35,126 nucleotides of DNA from an uncultured Syntrophaceae bacterium (GTDB taxonomy: Bacteria > Desulfobacterota > Syntrophia > Syntrophales > UBA2210): the NCBI GenBank assembly GCA_964430915.1, contig CAYSHT010000005.1, positions 1-35,126 of the forward strand. Reading direction: 5' to 3'. Every line of letters starts with the position of its first letter. Position 1 is the first letter of the stretch. The notes beneath the pieces were generated by a model. It was not told the DNA's origin and did not search any database. It was given only the letters and a program-made list of their open reading frames with translations. The position numbers were made by a program, and so were the translations under genes. Shown here in pieces: positions 1-10,092 of this stretch.

Positions 1-118
1 TGAATTGAACAGCGAGCGCATTCCCCGCTGCTTGCGGCGAGGTTAGCGAGCGAATATAAAATAAACATTTTCCTTAGCAATCGGAGATTCTTCGCAACTT
101 GTTGCGGGGAGATTCAAT
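1..118 (+). repeat. Structured intergenic repeat, copy 1 (left end clipped by about 1 nt at the window edge)
   Basis: Aligns by eye with 14422-14540, 14650-14800 and 22272-22365. Shared layout: (t)tgaattgaa, agcgagcg, GC hairpin ccgc-N5-gcgg, ttagcgagcgaat, A-rich tract, ttccttagcaatcggagattc, hairpin cttcgcaac-tt-gttgcgggg (90-109), gagattcaat. Confidence 0.8.
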
Positions 119-212
119 GACCGGGGTGAGGTATCATGACTTTCAGGCAATATAAGCATTGCCGGATGCCGGTCTTTGCTCAGTTGATCACGGTAAGTTA
201 GGATGTGGTGAT

Positions 213-740
213 ATGAAATATTTTTGCCTCTCAGGCAGGCACTCTTCAGACGGTACCCTCAGTCTCTTCGTAATAGGTGTAATCATGGCGGCTATTTTCT
301 GCACCCTTTCATTTGGAGTAATCGAGAACAGTCATGCCGCTGGATTGAGAGCGCAAGGGATATCCGAACCGTTAAAGGCTGAAAATCTTGACGATTTCCA
401 TGGCCGACTATCGAACATTGTCGGCTCATGGGTTGAGAACGGGCATGTGAAATTGGAGGCCTCGTTCCCTTCTTTCAGACAAAAAAGTGTGAAGGCGTAC
501 CGATATCGCCATGAGCAGTATAAAATGCTTAAAATGGTAATGGGCTGGGTTCTGATACCGATATTTTACATTCTAAAGTACCCCAACGTTTCTCTTTTTT
601 TCTTTTTCCTGGTTACGGTGTTTCTCGCCATTCTCGATGAGTTTCTGTATCGATATAAAAGATACCCGAGTCTATCTGACGAATCAGCGAGCGAAATCGA
701 ATCGTTTTATAGAGGAACCTATAGCCAGTTCGTAAAATAA
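213..740 (+). CDS. Hypothetical small membrane protein (about 175 aa; the ORF is open from TTG 159)
   Basis: ORF 159..740. ATG at 213 with AGGA at 200-203 is preferred as the start. Three hydrophobic segments (LSLFVIGVIMAAIFCTLSFGVI, MVMGWVLIPIFYIL, VSLFFFFLVTVFLAIL). No family recognised. Confidence 0.5.
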   Translation: MKYFCLSGRHSSDGTLSLFVIGVIMAAIFCTLSFGVIENSHAAGLRAQGISEPLKAENLDDFHGRLSNIVGSWVENGHVKLEASFPSFRQKSVKAYRYRHEQYKMLKMVMGWVLIPIFYILKYPNVSLFFFFLVTVFLAILDEFLYRYKRYPSLSDESASEIESFYRGTYSQFVK

Positions 741-814
741 GGCTCGACGTTAGAGGATGTCGCTGCAAAGAGGAAAGACACAGGTGCAGGCATCGACAGC
801 CAGATAAACAGGGG

Positions 815-2362
815 ATGTGTGTACATGGATTTGATATGAAACTCTTAGACCTGCTGGAAGATAGTGATGTTCATGAAGTATCAGGAGATACCTCTGATGA
901 TATAATCGATATTTGTTACGATTCAAGAAAGTGCGTAGAGAACTCTCTTTTTGTTGCCATTCGAGGGCTCTCCTATGACGGCCACAATTTTATCTCCGAT
1001 GCCATAAAAAAAGGTGCACGGTATATTGTGCACGAACACGATGTGCCACTGGATCTCAAGGCGGGAGCCACTTTCATAAAAGTTTCCGATAGCCGGCGGG
1101 TATTGGGAAAACTCGGGAAAAGACTCTACAAAGATCCCTCGTCGGAGCTCTGTCTCATAGGGGTTACGGGAACGAACGGGAAAACAACGGTAACCTATTT
1201 TCTCGAATCGATCCTGAAAAAGGCGGGACTGAAAAGCGGTGTCGTGGGTACGATCAATTATCGATTTGGTGACCATACTTATGAGGCACCGCAAACAACG
1301 CCTGAATCTCTTGATCTTCAAAAAACATTAAGGGAAATGGTTGATGACGGGGTAACGCACGCCGTCATGGAAGTGTCCTCCCATGCGATAGATCAGGGAA
1401 GGGTGAGAGATTGTGAGTTTGACATCGGTATATTTACGAATCTCTCGCAGGACCACCTTGATTATCATAAGACGATGGAAAGCTACTTTCATGCAAAAAA
1501 GAAATTTTTTCAAGAGCAGCTGAAGGAAGACGCCAGAATACTCATAAATGGCGATGATCGCTGGGGAACACGTCTTCTCGGGGATATAGAAAAACCAGCC
1601 CTGACCTACGGTATCGATACTCCCTCTGATGTATCGGTCAGCGATTTTGAACTTTCCATCAATGGGATAGACGCAGAAGTGAAGGCCGGCGACAGAGTCT
1701 TTGCCCTTCATTCTCCCGTGATCGGGAGGTTTAATTTATACAACATTCTTGCGGCAACAGCGGCTGCGCTTTGCCTTGATATTCCAGAAGCGTATATCAC
1801 GGCAGGTATCGAGGAGTTGATGAACATTCCCGGTCGTTTTGAAAAGGTAAGCGATTCTACTCAACCGGCTACGTTTATTGACTATGCTCATACGGATGAT
1901 GCACTGAAAAAGATTCTTGAGAGTCTCGTCTCCTTCAGGAAGGAGAGGATTATCACCGTTTTCGGATGCGGGGGGGACAGAGACAGAACCAAGAGACCCC
2001 TTATGGGGAGGGCCGTTTCCGATATCAGCGATATAACCATCATCACCTCGGATAATCCGAGGACTGAAGATCCCCTGAAAATCATCAGCGATATAGAGAA
2101 GGGAATAGAAGGAACCTCTGTCGCAAAGCTGACTCCGAATGAGATGGCGAAGGGCACTAATAAAAAGGGATACACTATTGTTCCCGATCGCCTCCTGGCC
2201 ATAGAGCTCGCACTTTCGGTGGCCGGAATCGGTGATATAGTCCTGATTGCCGGAAAGGGACATGAAGATTACCAGATCCTGGGTGAAAAACGAATTTTCT
2301 TTGATGACAGAGTCGTTGCGAGAGAGATACTGGCGGGGCGTACATGGAAAGGAACCCGTTAA
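815..2362 (+). CDS. murE: UDP-N-acetylmuramoyl-L-alanyl-D-glutamate--2,6-diaminopimelate ligase
   Basis: Mur-ligase P-loop GVTGTNGKTT. DNPR motif (ITSDNPRTEDP) typical of meso-DAP-adding MurE. First gene of the murE-murF-mraY order. Start could instead be ATG 836 (MKLLDLLE). Confidence 0.9.
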   Translation: MCVHGFDMKLLDLLEDSDVHEVSGDTSDDIIDICYDSRKCVENSLFVAIRGLSYDGHNFISDAIKKGARYIVHEHDVPLDLKAGATFIKVSDSRRVLGKLGKRLYKDPSSELCLIGVTGTNGKTTVTYFLESILKKAGLKSGVVGTINYRFGDHTYEAPQTTPESLDLQKTLREMVDDGVTHAVMEVSSHAIDQGRVRDCEFDIGIFTNLSQDHLDYHKTMESYFHAKKKFFQEQLKEDARILINGDDRWGTRLLGDIEKPALTYGIDTPSDVSVSDFELSINGIDAEVKAGDRVFALHSPVIGRFNLYNILAATAAALCLDIPEAYITAGIEELMNIPGRFEKVSDSTQPATFIDYAHTDDALKKILESLVSFRKERIITVFGCGGDRDRTKRPLMGRAVSDISDITIITSDNPRTEDPLKIISDIEKGIEGTSVAKLTPNEMAKGTNKKGYTIVPDRLLAIELALSVAGIGDIVLIAGKGHEDYQILGEKRIFFDDRVVAREILAGRTWKGTR

Positions 2363-3786
2363 AGACTATGAAGATGCCCGTATTCAGTACAGATGAGATA
2401 ATAAAGGCAACCGGCGGAAGCATCGTTGGGGGAAAATCCGACAGGAGCTTTGAAGGATTATCAACGGATTCAAGAAATATAGGAAAGGGAAGCCTCTTTG
2501 TCCCGCTTATGGGTGAGAGATTTGACGGACACGATTATGTTGCCACTGCCGCCCGTAGAGGTGCAGCAGGAGTCCTCTGTGAACGGGGCAAAGAAAAAAC
2601 GATAGCACAGCTTCCCGACTATATCAGTGTAATTATTGTCGATGATACCCTGAAAGCCCTCGGTGATATGGCACATTTCTGGAGGAGACACTTTTCAATA
2701 CCCGTGGTGGCGGTGACAGGGAGTTCCGGAAAGACAACGACAAAAGAGATGATGGCAGCGATCGCTGGAATTTCGATGAATGTCTTAAAGAATAAAGGCA
2801 ATTTCAACAACCTCATAGGGCTTCCCCTTACCCTCTTTGATCTGAATTCGGGACACGAGATGGCTATTGTCGAAATGGGGACAAACAGACGGGGCGAGAT
2901 AAAAAGACTTACCGAGATTGCTGAACCCGACATCGGCGTTGTTACGAATATAGGTCCTGCACACCTTGAGGGTTTCGGCTCCCTTGAATCCGTACGAGAT
3001 GAGAAGGGAGATCTCCTTCTCGGTTTGAAGAGGAGTGGCGTAGCTGTAACAAACAACGATGATGAAATGTCAGATGGACTGGCTCACAAATGGCCGGGAA
3101 GGAAGATAACCTTCGGGATGAGAAGGGATGCCGAGGTGAGGGCGAAAGATGTCGTGATGAAGGGTCAAGGGGCTATGGCCTTTAACCTTTCTATTGAGGA
3201 AACCTGCGGGATGGTCGAAATAAAAGCCCCCGGTATTCATAATGTTTATAATGCCCTTGCCGCCGCCGCTGCATCCCTGGCGTCCGGTATAGCAAATGAC
3301 GATATTTGCAAAGGATTGAGTGAATTTCGCCAGATTCCGGGGAGAATGAGCATCCATCGATTAAAAAATGGGGCATACCTTATTGATGATGCCTACAACG
3401 CAAATCCCGCTTCCCTCAGGGAGGCCCTTCTAACCCTCGAGGAGCTCCGCGGAGGAGATGAGTCGATCGTTGTATTCGGAGATATGCTTGAACTTGGTGA
3501 TACGTCGGAGAAACTTCACGAGGAAGCGGGCATGATCATGGCAGAAACGGGAGTGAAGAAAATATTTCTCAGAGGAAATTTTTCACAGGCAGTGGCGAGA
3601 GGTCTCAAAAAAGGGGGTATAGGAAGCGATCATATATTTTTCAACGATTCTCCCGATGAAGTTGTGGATCACCTTCGAGGGTATTTACACCCCCATTATT
3701 GGTTGCTCGTAAAAGGATCAAGGGGAATGAAAATGGAACAATTTGTTCAGGCTGTTGTTGCTGGATTCGGGGAAGAGGATACATAG
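2344..3786 (+). CDS. murF: UDP-N-acetylmuramoyl-tripeptide--D-alanyl-D-alanine ligase
   Basis: P-loop TGSSGKTTTKEM and Mur-ligase central and C-terminal domains. Directly follows and overlaps murE. Alternative starts at 2368 and 2374. Confidence 0.9.
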   Translation: MERNPLKTMKMPVFSTDEIIKATGGSIVGGKSDRSFEGLSTDSRNIGKGSLFVPLMGERFDGHDYVATAARRGAAGVLCERGKEKTIAQLPDYISVIIVDDTLKALGDMAHFWRRHFSIPVVAVTGSSGKTTTKEMMAAIAGISMNVLKNKGNFNNLIGLPLTLFDLNSGHEMAIVEMGTNRRGEIKRLTEIAEPDIGVVTNIGPAHLEGFGSLESVRDEKGDLLLGLKRSGVAVTNNDDEMSDGLAHKWPGRKITFGMRRDAEVRAKDVVMKGQGAMAFNLSIEETCGMVEIKAPGIHNVYNALAAAAASLASGIANDDICKGLSEFRQIPGRMSIHRLKNGAYLIDDAYNANPASLREALLTLEELRGGDESIVVFGDMLELGDTSEKLHEEAGMIMAETGVKKIFLRGNFSQAVARGLKKGGIGSDHIFFNDSPDEVVDHLRGYLHPHYWLLVKGSRGMKMEQFVQAVVAGFGEEDT

Positions 3787-3874
3787 GGTGCCTGTTTCAA
3801 AAATTTCGTTCGGAAATCCGGCTGGAAAAGCGATCTGAATCTCCTGTGAACACAGTATATAGTGTTTTAATTTA

Positions 3875-3903
3875 TTGTAAGGCACAACATAATGTGGTAT
3901 AAG
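3875..3903 (+). promoter_or_regulatory. Candidate sigma70-type promoter in the murF-mraY gap (TTGTAA-N17-TATAAG with TGn extended -10)
   Basis: ttgtaa at 3875-3880, 17-nt spacer, tg at 3895-3896, tataag at 3898-3903. A second TATAAT lies at 3934-3939. Sequence pattern only. Confidence 0.3.
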
Positions 3904-3960
3904 TCTGAAAATTTATATCTTCCGAGAGACTCCTATAATATGTAGAAGGAAGGGCTGTGC

Positions 3961-5040
3961 GTGATCTATCACCTTTTATATCCACTTAGCGATACTTTCT
4001 CTTACTTCAACGTATTCAGATACATAACGCTGAGGACGATCTATGCGACGATAACTGCACTTGTAATCTGTTTTATTCTGGGGCCGTGGCTGATAAGGAA
4101 ACTTCAGTTGCTTCATGTCGGTCAGCAGATTCGCGAAGACGGTCCGGGGTCACATCTTTCAAAAGAGGGTACGCCCACAATGGGGGGGCTCCTCATCATA
4201 TTTTCTGTTGTCCTTTCGACTATTCTCTGGGCGAGATTAGACGTTGAATACATCTGGATTGTGCTGACAGTAACCCTGGGGTTCGGTCTTGTCGGTTTCA
4301 TGGATGATTACCGAAAGCTCGCCAACCAGAGCAGTAAGGGCATTTCGGGCACTTCTCGATTGATAGCAGAGGTGGCAATCGCACTCACTATCAGCACAGT
4401 GTTGTATTTGAATCCCGGATTTAGCACGAACGTGACAATCCCCTTCTTCAAAAAGATTCTCCCCGATCTTGGATGGGGGTACATTGTCCTTTCCACCTTT
4501 ATCATTGTCGGTGCGGCCAATGCCGTAAACCTTACAGATGGACTTGACGGACTGGCCATAGGACCCGCCACAATATGCTTCGGGACGTACCTCCTTTTTG
4601 CCTATCTTGCAGGAAATATAAAGATATCGGGATATCTTCAGATACCCTACGTTGCGGGAACAGGTGAACTGACCGTTTTTTGTGGCGCCATGGTAGGCGC
4701 TGGTGTCGGATTCCTCTGGTACAACACATACCCTGCCCAGATCTTTATGGGTGATGTGGGTTCCCTCTCGCTGGGAGGTGCCCTCGGAACAATCGCGGTT
4801 ATGACAAAGCAGGAGATCATACTTGCCATTGTGGGGGGGATATTCATCGTTGAGACGATTTCAGTCATATTTCAGGTGGGCTGGTTCAAGGTGTCCAATG
4901 GAAGGAGGATATTCAGGATGGCGCCCATTCATCACCACCTCGAGCTTAAGGGGTGGGCAGAGCCAAAGGTAATTGTAAGGTTCTGGATTATTTCGATAAT
5001 ACTTGCTCTTATTGCCATGAGCACATTGAAGCTCAGATAG
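3961..5040 (+). CDS. mraY: Phospho-N-acetylmuramoyl-pentapeptide transferase
   Basis: Motifs [24 protein letters not shown] and APIHHHLE. Polytopic membrane protein of 359 aa. GTG start with AGGAAGG upstream. Confidence 0.92.
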   Translation: MIYHLLYPLSDTFSYFNVFRYITLRTIYATITALVICFILGPWLIRKLQLLHVGQQIREDGPGSHLSKEGTPTMGGLLIIFSVVLSTILWARLDVEYIWIVLTVTLGFGLVGFMDDYRKLANQSSKGISGTSRLIAEVAIALTISTVLYLNPGFSTNVTIPFFKKILPDLGWGYIVLSTFIIVGAANAVNLTDGLDGLAIGPATICFGTYLLFAYLAGNIKISGYLQIPYVAGTGELTVFCGAMVGAGVGFLWYNTYPAQIFMGDVGSLSLGGALGTIAVMTKQEIILAIVGGIFIVETISVIFQVGWFKVSNGRRIFRMAPIHHHLELKGWAEPKVIVRFWIISIILALIAMSTLKLR

Positions 5041-6408
5041 GTGCTGTGTGCTATGGATCTTAAGGGAAAGAGAGCTCTGGTTATAGGCTTAGGAAAGACG
5101 GGCGTTGAAACGGCCAGGTTTCTGGTCGGCAGGGGAACCGATGTCGTCCTATGCGATGAAAAACCGGAGTCGGAATTGAGACCATTTGTCGATAAACTGG
5201 ACGATTTGAAGGTCGATCTGAAAATGGGGTGTCATTCGACGGAGCTCCTCTCTGGAGTTGATCTTATCGTTCCATCACCGGGAGTTCCCCCCGTGAATGT
5301 ACTCCTGAAAAATGCCGTAAAAGAAGGGGTTGAGATAGTAAGCGAAATTGAACTGGCGGGAAGATTTATAAACCGCCCCTATATTGCGATTACCGGTACG
5401 AACGGGAAGACGACAACGACAAAACTCCTGGGGGAGATATTGACTCGATGGGGCAAAAAGGTATTCGTCGGTGGAAACATCGGCAATCCCCTTATTTCAT
5501 ATCTGAACGGAGAGAAAAAAGAGGAGTATCTGGTGGTGGAGGTAAGCAGTTTTCAGTTACAGTGGATGAGTTTCTTTCACCCCTCTGTGGCCGTACTCCT
5601 GAACACGAGCAGTGACCACCTTGATTATCACGAGTCCTTTGAAGAGTATCGGTCTGTGAAGGAGAGGATTTTTGTAAATCAATTGGGGGGTGATCGTGCC
5701 ATACTGAATGCCGACGAATCGCCGTCCCCAGGGCTTTTGGAAGGGATTAAGGCTGAGATAATCCGTTTCAGCTCCTCATCATCCCTTGAGAGAGGAATCT
5801 TTCTTGACGGCGGGGCGTTGCATTATCTCGATTCGAGAGGTGAAAGGGAAGTCTATCCCATTTCGAATATACGGTTAAAGGGCATCCACAACCTGGAAAA
5901 TATTATGGCTGCCATTGTTGCAGCGAGGTGGTGCGGGTGTCCACCCGAAACGATTATCGATACCCTTGAGAAGTTCGACGGTATGCCGCACAGAGTCGAA
6001 TGCGTGGGTGAGAAAAACGGTGTCGCATTCTACAACGACTCCAAGGGAACGAATGTCGGTGCCGTTGAGAGAGCGCTTGAATCGTTTCCGGGGTCGGTCA
6101 TTCTTCTCATGGGGGGGAGGGATAAGGGGGGCGATTTCGAGAGACTGAGAGAGCCGATTGGACAAAAAGTGAGACAACTCGTCCTCTTTGGTGAAGCGGG
6201 CGATAGAATACATCGGCTTCTTGGTAATATCGTTGAGACAGAGGTTGTGGAAGGCCTTGGGGATGCGATGGTTTTGGCCTTTAGCGTATCGAAACCCGGA
6301 GATACTGTTCTTCTCTCTCCCGGTTGCTCCAGTTTCGATGAGTTTGAGAATTATGAAGCGCGGGGAGACTTCTTCAAAGAGAGCGTTAACCGAATGGCGG
6401 TGAGATAG
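5041..6408 (+). CDS. murD: UDP-N-acetylmuramoylalanine--D-glutamate ligase
   Basis: N-terminal Rossmann-like VIGLGKTGVE and P-loop ITGTNGKTTT. Positioned after mraY. GTG 5041 abuts the mraY stop; ATG 5053 (MDLKGK) is an alternative start. Confidence 0.9.
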   Translation: MLCAMDLKGKRALVIGLGKTGVETARFLVGRGTDVVLCDEKPESELRPFVDKLDDLKVDLKMGCHSTELLSGVDLIVPSPGVPPVNVLLKNAVKEGVEIVSEIELAGRFINRPYIAITGTNGKTTTTKLLGEILTRWGKKVFVGGNIGNPLISYLNGEKKEEYLVVEVSSFQLQWMSFFHPSVAVLLNTSSDHLDYHESFEEYRSVKERIFVNQLGGDRAILNADESPSPGLLEGIKAEIIRFSSSSSLERGIFLDGGALHYLDSRGEREVYPISNIRLKGIHNLENIMAAIVAARWCGCPPETIIDTLEKFDGMPHRVECVGEKNGVAFYNDSKGTNVGAVERALESFPGSVILLMGGRDKGGDFERLREPIGQKVRQLVLFGEAGDRIHRLLGNIVETEVVEGLGDAMVLAFSVSKPGDTVLLSPGCSSFDEFENYEARGDFFKESVNRMAVR

Positions 6409-6410
6409 AA

Positions 6411-7559
6411 ATGGTCAGTACCACTCCAGAAAAAAGGAAAAAACCCGATGTGGTCATGCTTGTGGCCACACTGTTTCTGGTTTCTCTCGGCATGGTTATG
6501 GTTTACAGCTCGAGTTCCATCGTGTCTCTGGAGCGGTTTGGCGACGAGTATTTCTTCCTGAAGAAACAGATACTGTTCGCCGTTATCGGAATTATCACCA
6601 TGATAATTATGACGAAGATCCCCTATCTTCTATGGAGAAAGACGGCCTATGCGGGGATACTCGTCTCGCTCGGACTTCTTTCGCTTCTTCTTATTCCGGG
6701 CCTCGGGGTCAAGGTGGGTGGCGCGACAAGATGGCTCAGAGTCGGGGGCTTTTCTTTTCAGGTGACTGAGTTGGTGAAGGTGGCGCTGGTCATTTTCCTG
6801 GCACATTATCTGACGAAAAAGAAGGAACATATACGGGATTTCATCAGGATTTTTCCGGTTCCGCTTTTTCTCACCCTTGCCATGGTTTTTCTGATCATGC
6901 TTCAGCCCGACTTCGGGACAGCGGTGATCATGATTGTCTTGCTCATGTTCATGTTTTACCTGGCGGGGAGCAGGGTTTTTCATCTTGCCGGCTTTGTGGC
7001 CGCTTTCATTCCCATCGCTGTCACCCTTGTAATATGTGAAAGTTACCGCATACAGAGATTGTTATCTTTTCGAAATCCCTGGGATGACCCGACCAGATCA
7101 GGATTTCAGATTATACAATCCTTTATATCCTTCGGGTCCGGTGGCGCTTTCGGTGTGGGTCTTGGTGACAGTATGCAGAAACTGTTCTACCTTCCAGAAC
7201 CCCATACAGATTTTATACTTTCAGTGATTGCCGAGGAAGTCGGTTTTATCGGTGTAGCGGTGGTAATTTTGCTCTTCGCCCTTCTCATTATAAGGGGGTT
7301 TATGATCTCTTTCAATACCACCGAACTTTTCGGAACGCTTTTGTCTGCAGGCCTGACCATAATTATAGCCATCGAGACCTTTATCAATATGGCCGCCGTT
7401 ATGGGTCTTGTGCCGACAAAAGGTCTGGCGCTTCCTTTCCTGAGCTACGGAGGAACGTCCCTCATCATGAGTATGACAGCGGTGGGAATAGTGTTGAATA
7501 TCTCTTCCTACCATAACCAGAATACAAAGAGTGGCGCGTTTGAAGCCTTTGATAAATGA
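6411..7559 (+). CDS. ftsW: SEDS-family peptidoglycan glycosyltransferase / lipid II flippase FtsW
   Basis: Multi-TM 382-aa protein with SEDS motifs PEPHTDFIL and LPFLSYGGTS. Lies between murD and murG. Confidence 0.85.
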   Translation: MVSTTPEKRKKPDVVMLVATLFLVSLGMVMVYSSSSIVSLERFGDEYFFLKKQILFAVIGIITMIIMTKIPYLLWRKTAYAGILVSLGLLSLLLIPGLGVKVGGATRWLRVGGFSFQVTELVKVALVIFLAHYLTKKKEHIRDFIRIFPVPLFLTLAMVFLIMLQPDFGTAVIMIVLLMFMFYLAGSRVFHLAGFVAAFIPIAVTLVICESYRIQRLLSFRNPWDDPTRSGFQIIQSFISFGSGGAFGVGLGDSMQKLFYLPEPHTDFILSVIAEEVGFIGVAVVILLFALLIIRGFMISFNTTELFGTLLSAGLTIIIAIETFINMAAVMGLVPTKGLALPFLSYGGTSLIMSMTAVGIVLNISSYHNQNTKSGAFEAFDK

Positions 7560-8649
7560 AGCAGACGATGATCTCAGAGTAATACTGGCCGGAGGCGGAA
7601 CGGGAGGCCATCTTTTTCCGGCCCTGGCAATTGCAGAGGAGTTTGTAAGGAGAAAGGGGAAAACAAAGGTCCTTTTTATCGGAACGAAAAGGGGATTGGA
7701 AAGACGGTTATTGTACGATGGGACATTTCCCGTTCGTTTTATCGATATAGAAGGGATACGGGGGAAGGGATTTATTGGTGTTCTCAGGGGAGCAATGAAG
7801 ATTCCGGGGAGTATGTTTCAGTCTTGGGGGATACTACGGGATTTTGATCCTCATATCGTGATCGGTGTGGGTGGGTATGCCTCGGGACCGGCAGTTTTTG
7901 CAGCGCACCTGATGGGAGTGAAAACAGCAATTGCAGAGCAGAATGCCCTTCCCGGTTTTACCAACAGGATCCTTGGGAAAGTTGCGAAGAGGATATTTCT
8001 GACCTTTCCGGACGAAAGCAGGGTTTTCCCCGAAAAAAAGGTGGTGGTTGCGGGAAATCCCGTAAGGAATGCTTTCATTGAAGAAGGTGAGAAAAAGAAG
8101 AAGACCGGCACGTTCACCCTTCTCATATTTGGGGGGAGTCAGGGTGCCTCGGCTATTAATAGCGCCGTTATGGAGGCCCTCCAATATATGGAAGGGGTTA
8201 TGGATGGGTTGAAGATTATCCATCAGACCGGAGAGAGGGATCTCGAAAAAGTTGCCAACGCCTATAGAGAGCATAACATTAATGCCGAGGTTCTGCCTTT
8301 CATTACCGATATGGCCGAGGCGTGTAAAGAGGCGGATCTTCTGATATGCAGGGCCGGTGCGACGTCAATCGCTGAGATAACGGTTCTTGGAAAGGCGGCA
8401 ATCTTTATCCCCTATCCCTTTGCGACGGGGAATCATCAGGAATTGAACGCTAAGACACTGGTGGATGCCGGGGCTGCTGAGATGATCGTGGAAGATGAAC
8501 TGAGTGGAAGGACACTTTTTCAAATGATTGAGGAACTGTACAGAAATTCCGGAAGAATAGAGATAATGGAGAAAATGTCGAAAAGCCTCGGGAATATAAA
8601 GGCGGCATCGAACATCGTGGATGAATGCCTGACCCTAATCGGGCAGTGA
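7531..8649 (+). CDS. murG: UDP-N-acetylglucosamine--N-acetylmuramyl-(pentapeptide) pyrophosphoryl-undecaprenol GlcNAc transferase
   Basis: N-terminal GGGTGGHLFPALA. GT28-like length (372 aa). GTG start overlaps the ftsW end. dcw position. Confidence 0.9.
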   Translation: MARLKPLINEADDDLRVILAGGGTGGHLFPALAIAEEFVRRKGKTKVLFIGTKRGLERRLLYDGTFPVRFIDIEGIRGKGFIGVLRGAMKIPGSMFQSWGILRDFDPHIVIGVGGYASGPAVFAAHLMGVKTAIAEQNALPGFTNRILGKVAKRIFLTFPDESRVFPEKKVVVAGNPVRNAFIEEGEKKKKTGTFTLLIFGGSQGASAINSAVMEALQYMEGVMDGLKIIHQTGERDLEKVANAYREHNINAEVLPFITDMAEACKEADLLICRAGATSIAEITVLGKAAIFIPYPFATGNHQELNAKTLVDAGAAEMIVEDELSGRTLFQMIEELYRNSGRIEIMEKMSKSLGNIKAASNIVDECLTLIGQ

Positions 8650-8654
8650 GGAAA

Positions 8655-10070
8655 ATGAAGAGTAACGAAGAAAGAGGTTTCATGCAGAGAAAAATCAGAC
8701 GCATTCATTTCGTCGGAATCGGTGGTATTGGAATGAGCGGGATTGCCGAGGTGCTCCTCAACCTCGGCTATTCGATATCGGGATCGGATATAGCGAGATC
8801 CGACACTACCCAGAGACTGGAGTCGCTGGGCATAAACGTCTTGTATGGGCACGAACCGTCGAATCTGGGAGATGCCGATGTGGTTGTGACATCGACAGCA
8901 ATACAGAAAGGTAATCAGGAGGTAATTGAAGCAGGGAAAAGGAATATACCTGTTATTCCGAGGGCCGAGATGTTGGCGGAACTCTTAAAGATGAAATTTT
9001 CCGTTGCCGTCTCCGGGTCTCATGGCAAGACAACGACAACCTCCATGATTGCCACGATACTTGCCGATGGTGGCCTGGATCCCACAATGGTTATAGGGGG
9101 GAAACTTGCAGGTGTGGGAAGCAATGCAAAACTGGGTGAAGGAGAGATCATCGTTGCCGAGGCGGATGAGAGTGACGGCTCTTTTCTTACCTTGAGCCCC
9201 ACGATGGCAGTGATTACGAATATTGACCGTGAACATCTCGACTTCTATAGCGGGATTGAGGATATAAAAGAGGCATTTCTGAAATTTGCAAACAGCGTCC
9301 CCTTTTACGGATCAACAATTTTATGCAGCGACGATCCTCATGTGAGAGAGATATTGCCAGGGGTCAAGAGGGCAACTATCACATACGGCCTTTCTGACAA
9401 CTCCGATTACAGGGCGACCGATGTGTCCTCAAGCGGTCTTGCATCACATTACAAGCTCTATCGGCGTGGCGATTATATGGGTGATATCTCCATCGGTGCT
9501 CCCGGTCTCTTTAATGTCTACAATTCTCTGGCGGCGGTTGCGGTGGCTCTGGAACTTGATATGGATTTTCCCACGATTCAAAGGGGTGTCAAAACATATA
9601 CAGGCGTAGAGAGGAGACTTGAGGTCAAAGGTGTTAGGGGAGGCGTTACGGTGATCGACGATTACGGTCATCACCCGACGGAGATCAGGGCAACCTTAGA
9701 AGCGGCGAGAAAGGCCTGGAGCGGCAGGATGATCGTCGTATTCCAGCCCCATCGCTATACCCGTACCAGAGAACTCTTTGATGATTTTCTCGATGTATTT
9801 GATGCTGCCGACTACACGATTCTCACGGATATCTATGCTGCCAGCGAAAAGGAAATAGAGGGGATACATTCGGCGCATCTCTGTGACGGGATTCGGGGCC
9901 GTGGAAATGATACCGTTATCCATATATCGAGTTTTGAGGATATCGTCGATCATTTGGAGTCTTTCGCAGAACCGGGAGATTTTATTATAACGCTCGGAGC
10001 AGGCAATGTATGGAAGGTTGGCGAAGCCTTTCTCGCGATAGAGCACCCCGGGACCGATTCCGCGAGGTGA
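8655..10070 (+). CDS. murC: UDP-N-acetylmuramate--L-alanine ligase
   Basis: HFVGIGGIGMSGIA and P-loop SGSHGKTTTTSM. ORF is open from 8625, but ATG 8655 has GAGGA 5 nt upstream and lies just after the murG stop (8649). Confidence 0.9.
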   Translation: MKSNEERGFMQRKIRRIHFVGIGGIGMSGIAEVLLNLGYSISGSDIARSDTTQRLESLGINVLYGHEPSNLGDADVVVTSTAIQKGNQEVIEAGKRNIPVIPRAEMLAELLKMKFSVAVSGSHGKTTTTSMIATILADGGLDPTMVIGGKLAGVGSNAKLGEGEIIVAEADESDGSFLTLSPTMAVITNIDREHLDFYSGIEDIKEAFLKFANSVPFYGSTILCSDDPHVREILPGVKRATITYGLSDNSDYRATDVSSSGLASHYKLYRRGDYMGDISIGAPGLFNVYNSLAAVAVALELDMDFPTIQRGVKTYTGVERRLEVKGVRGGVTVIDDYGHHPTEIRATLEAARKAWSGRMIVVFQPHRYTRTRELFDDFLDVFDAADYTILTDIYAASEKEIEGIHSAHLCDGIRGRGNDTVIHISSFEDIVDHLESFAEPGDFIITLGAGNVWKVGEAFLAIEHPGTDSAR

Positions 10071-10092
10071 AAGTGAAAGCGGGAGTAACGCC

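Noticed and set aside
90-109. Repeat hairpins acting as Rho-independent terminators (also 14512-14531 and 14772-14791)
   Set aside because: No U-tract follows the stems on either strand. Copy 1 also lies upstream of a gene rather than downstream.
595-607. T7-C-T5 tract inside the 213-740 ORF as a possible phase-variation switch
   Set aside because: The homopolymer is short for slipped-strand switching and simply encodes the Phe-rich TM helix. There is no evidence of variability from a single sequence.
923-2423. Series of minus-strand ORFs (82-175 aa) across murE
   Set aside because: All are antisense to a confidently identified Mur ligase gene and have no recognisable motifs. They are shadow ORFs.
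3699-3902. 67-aa ORF bridging the murF 3' end and the murF-mraY gap
   Set aside because: It overlaps murF out of frame, is Cys/Arg-rich and has no RBS. The gap is more plausibly regulatory.
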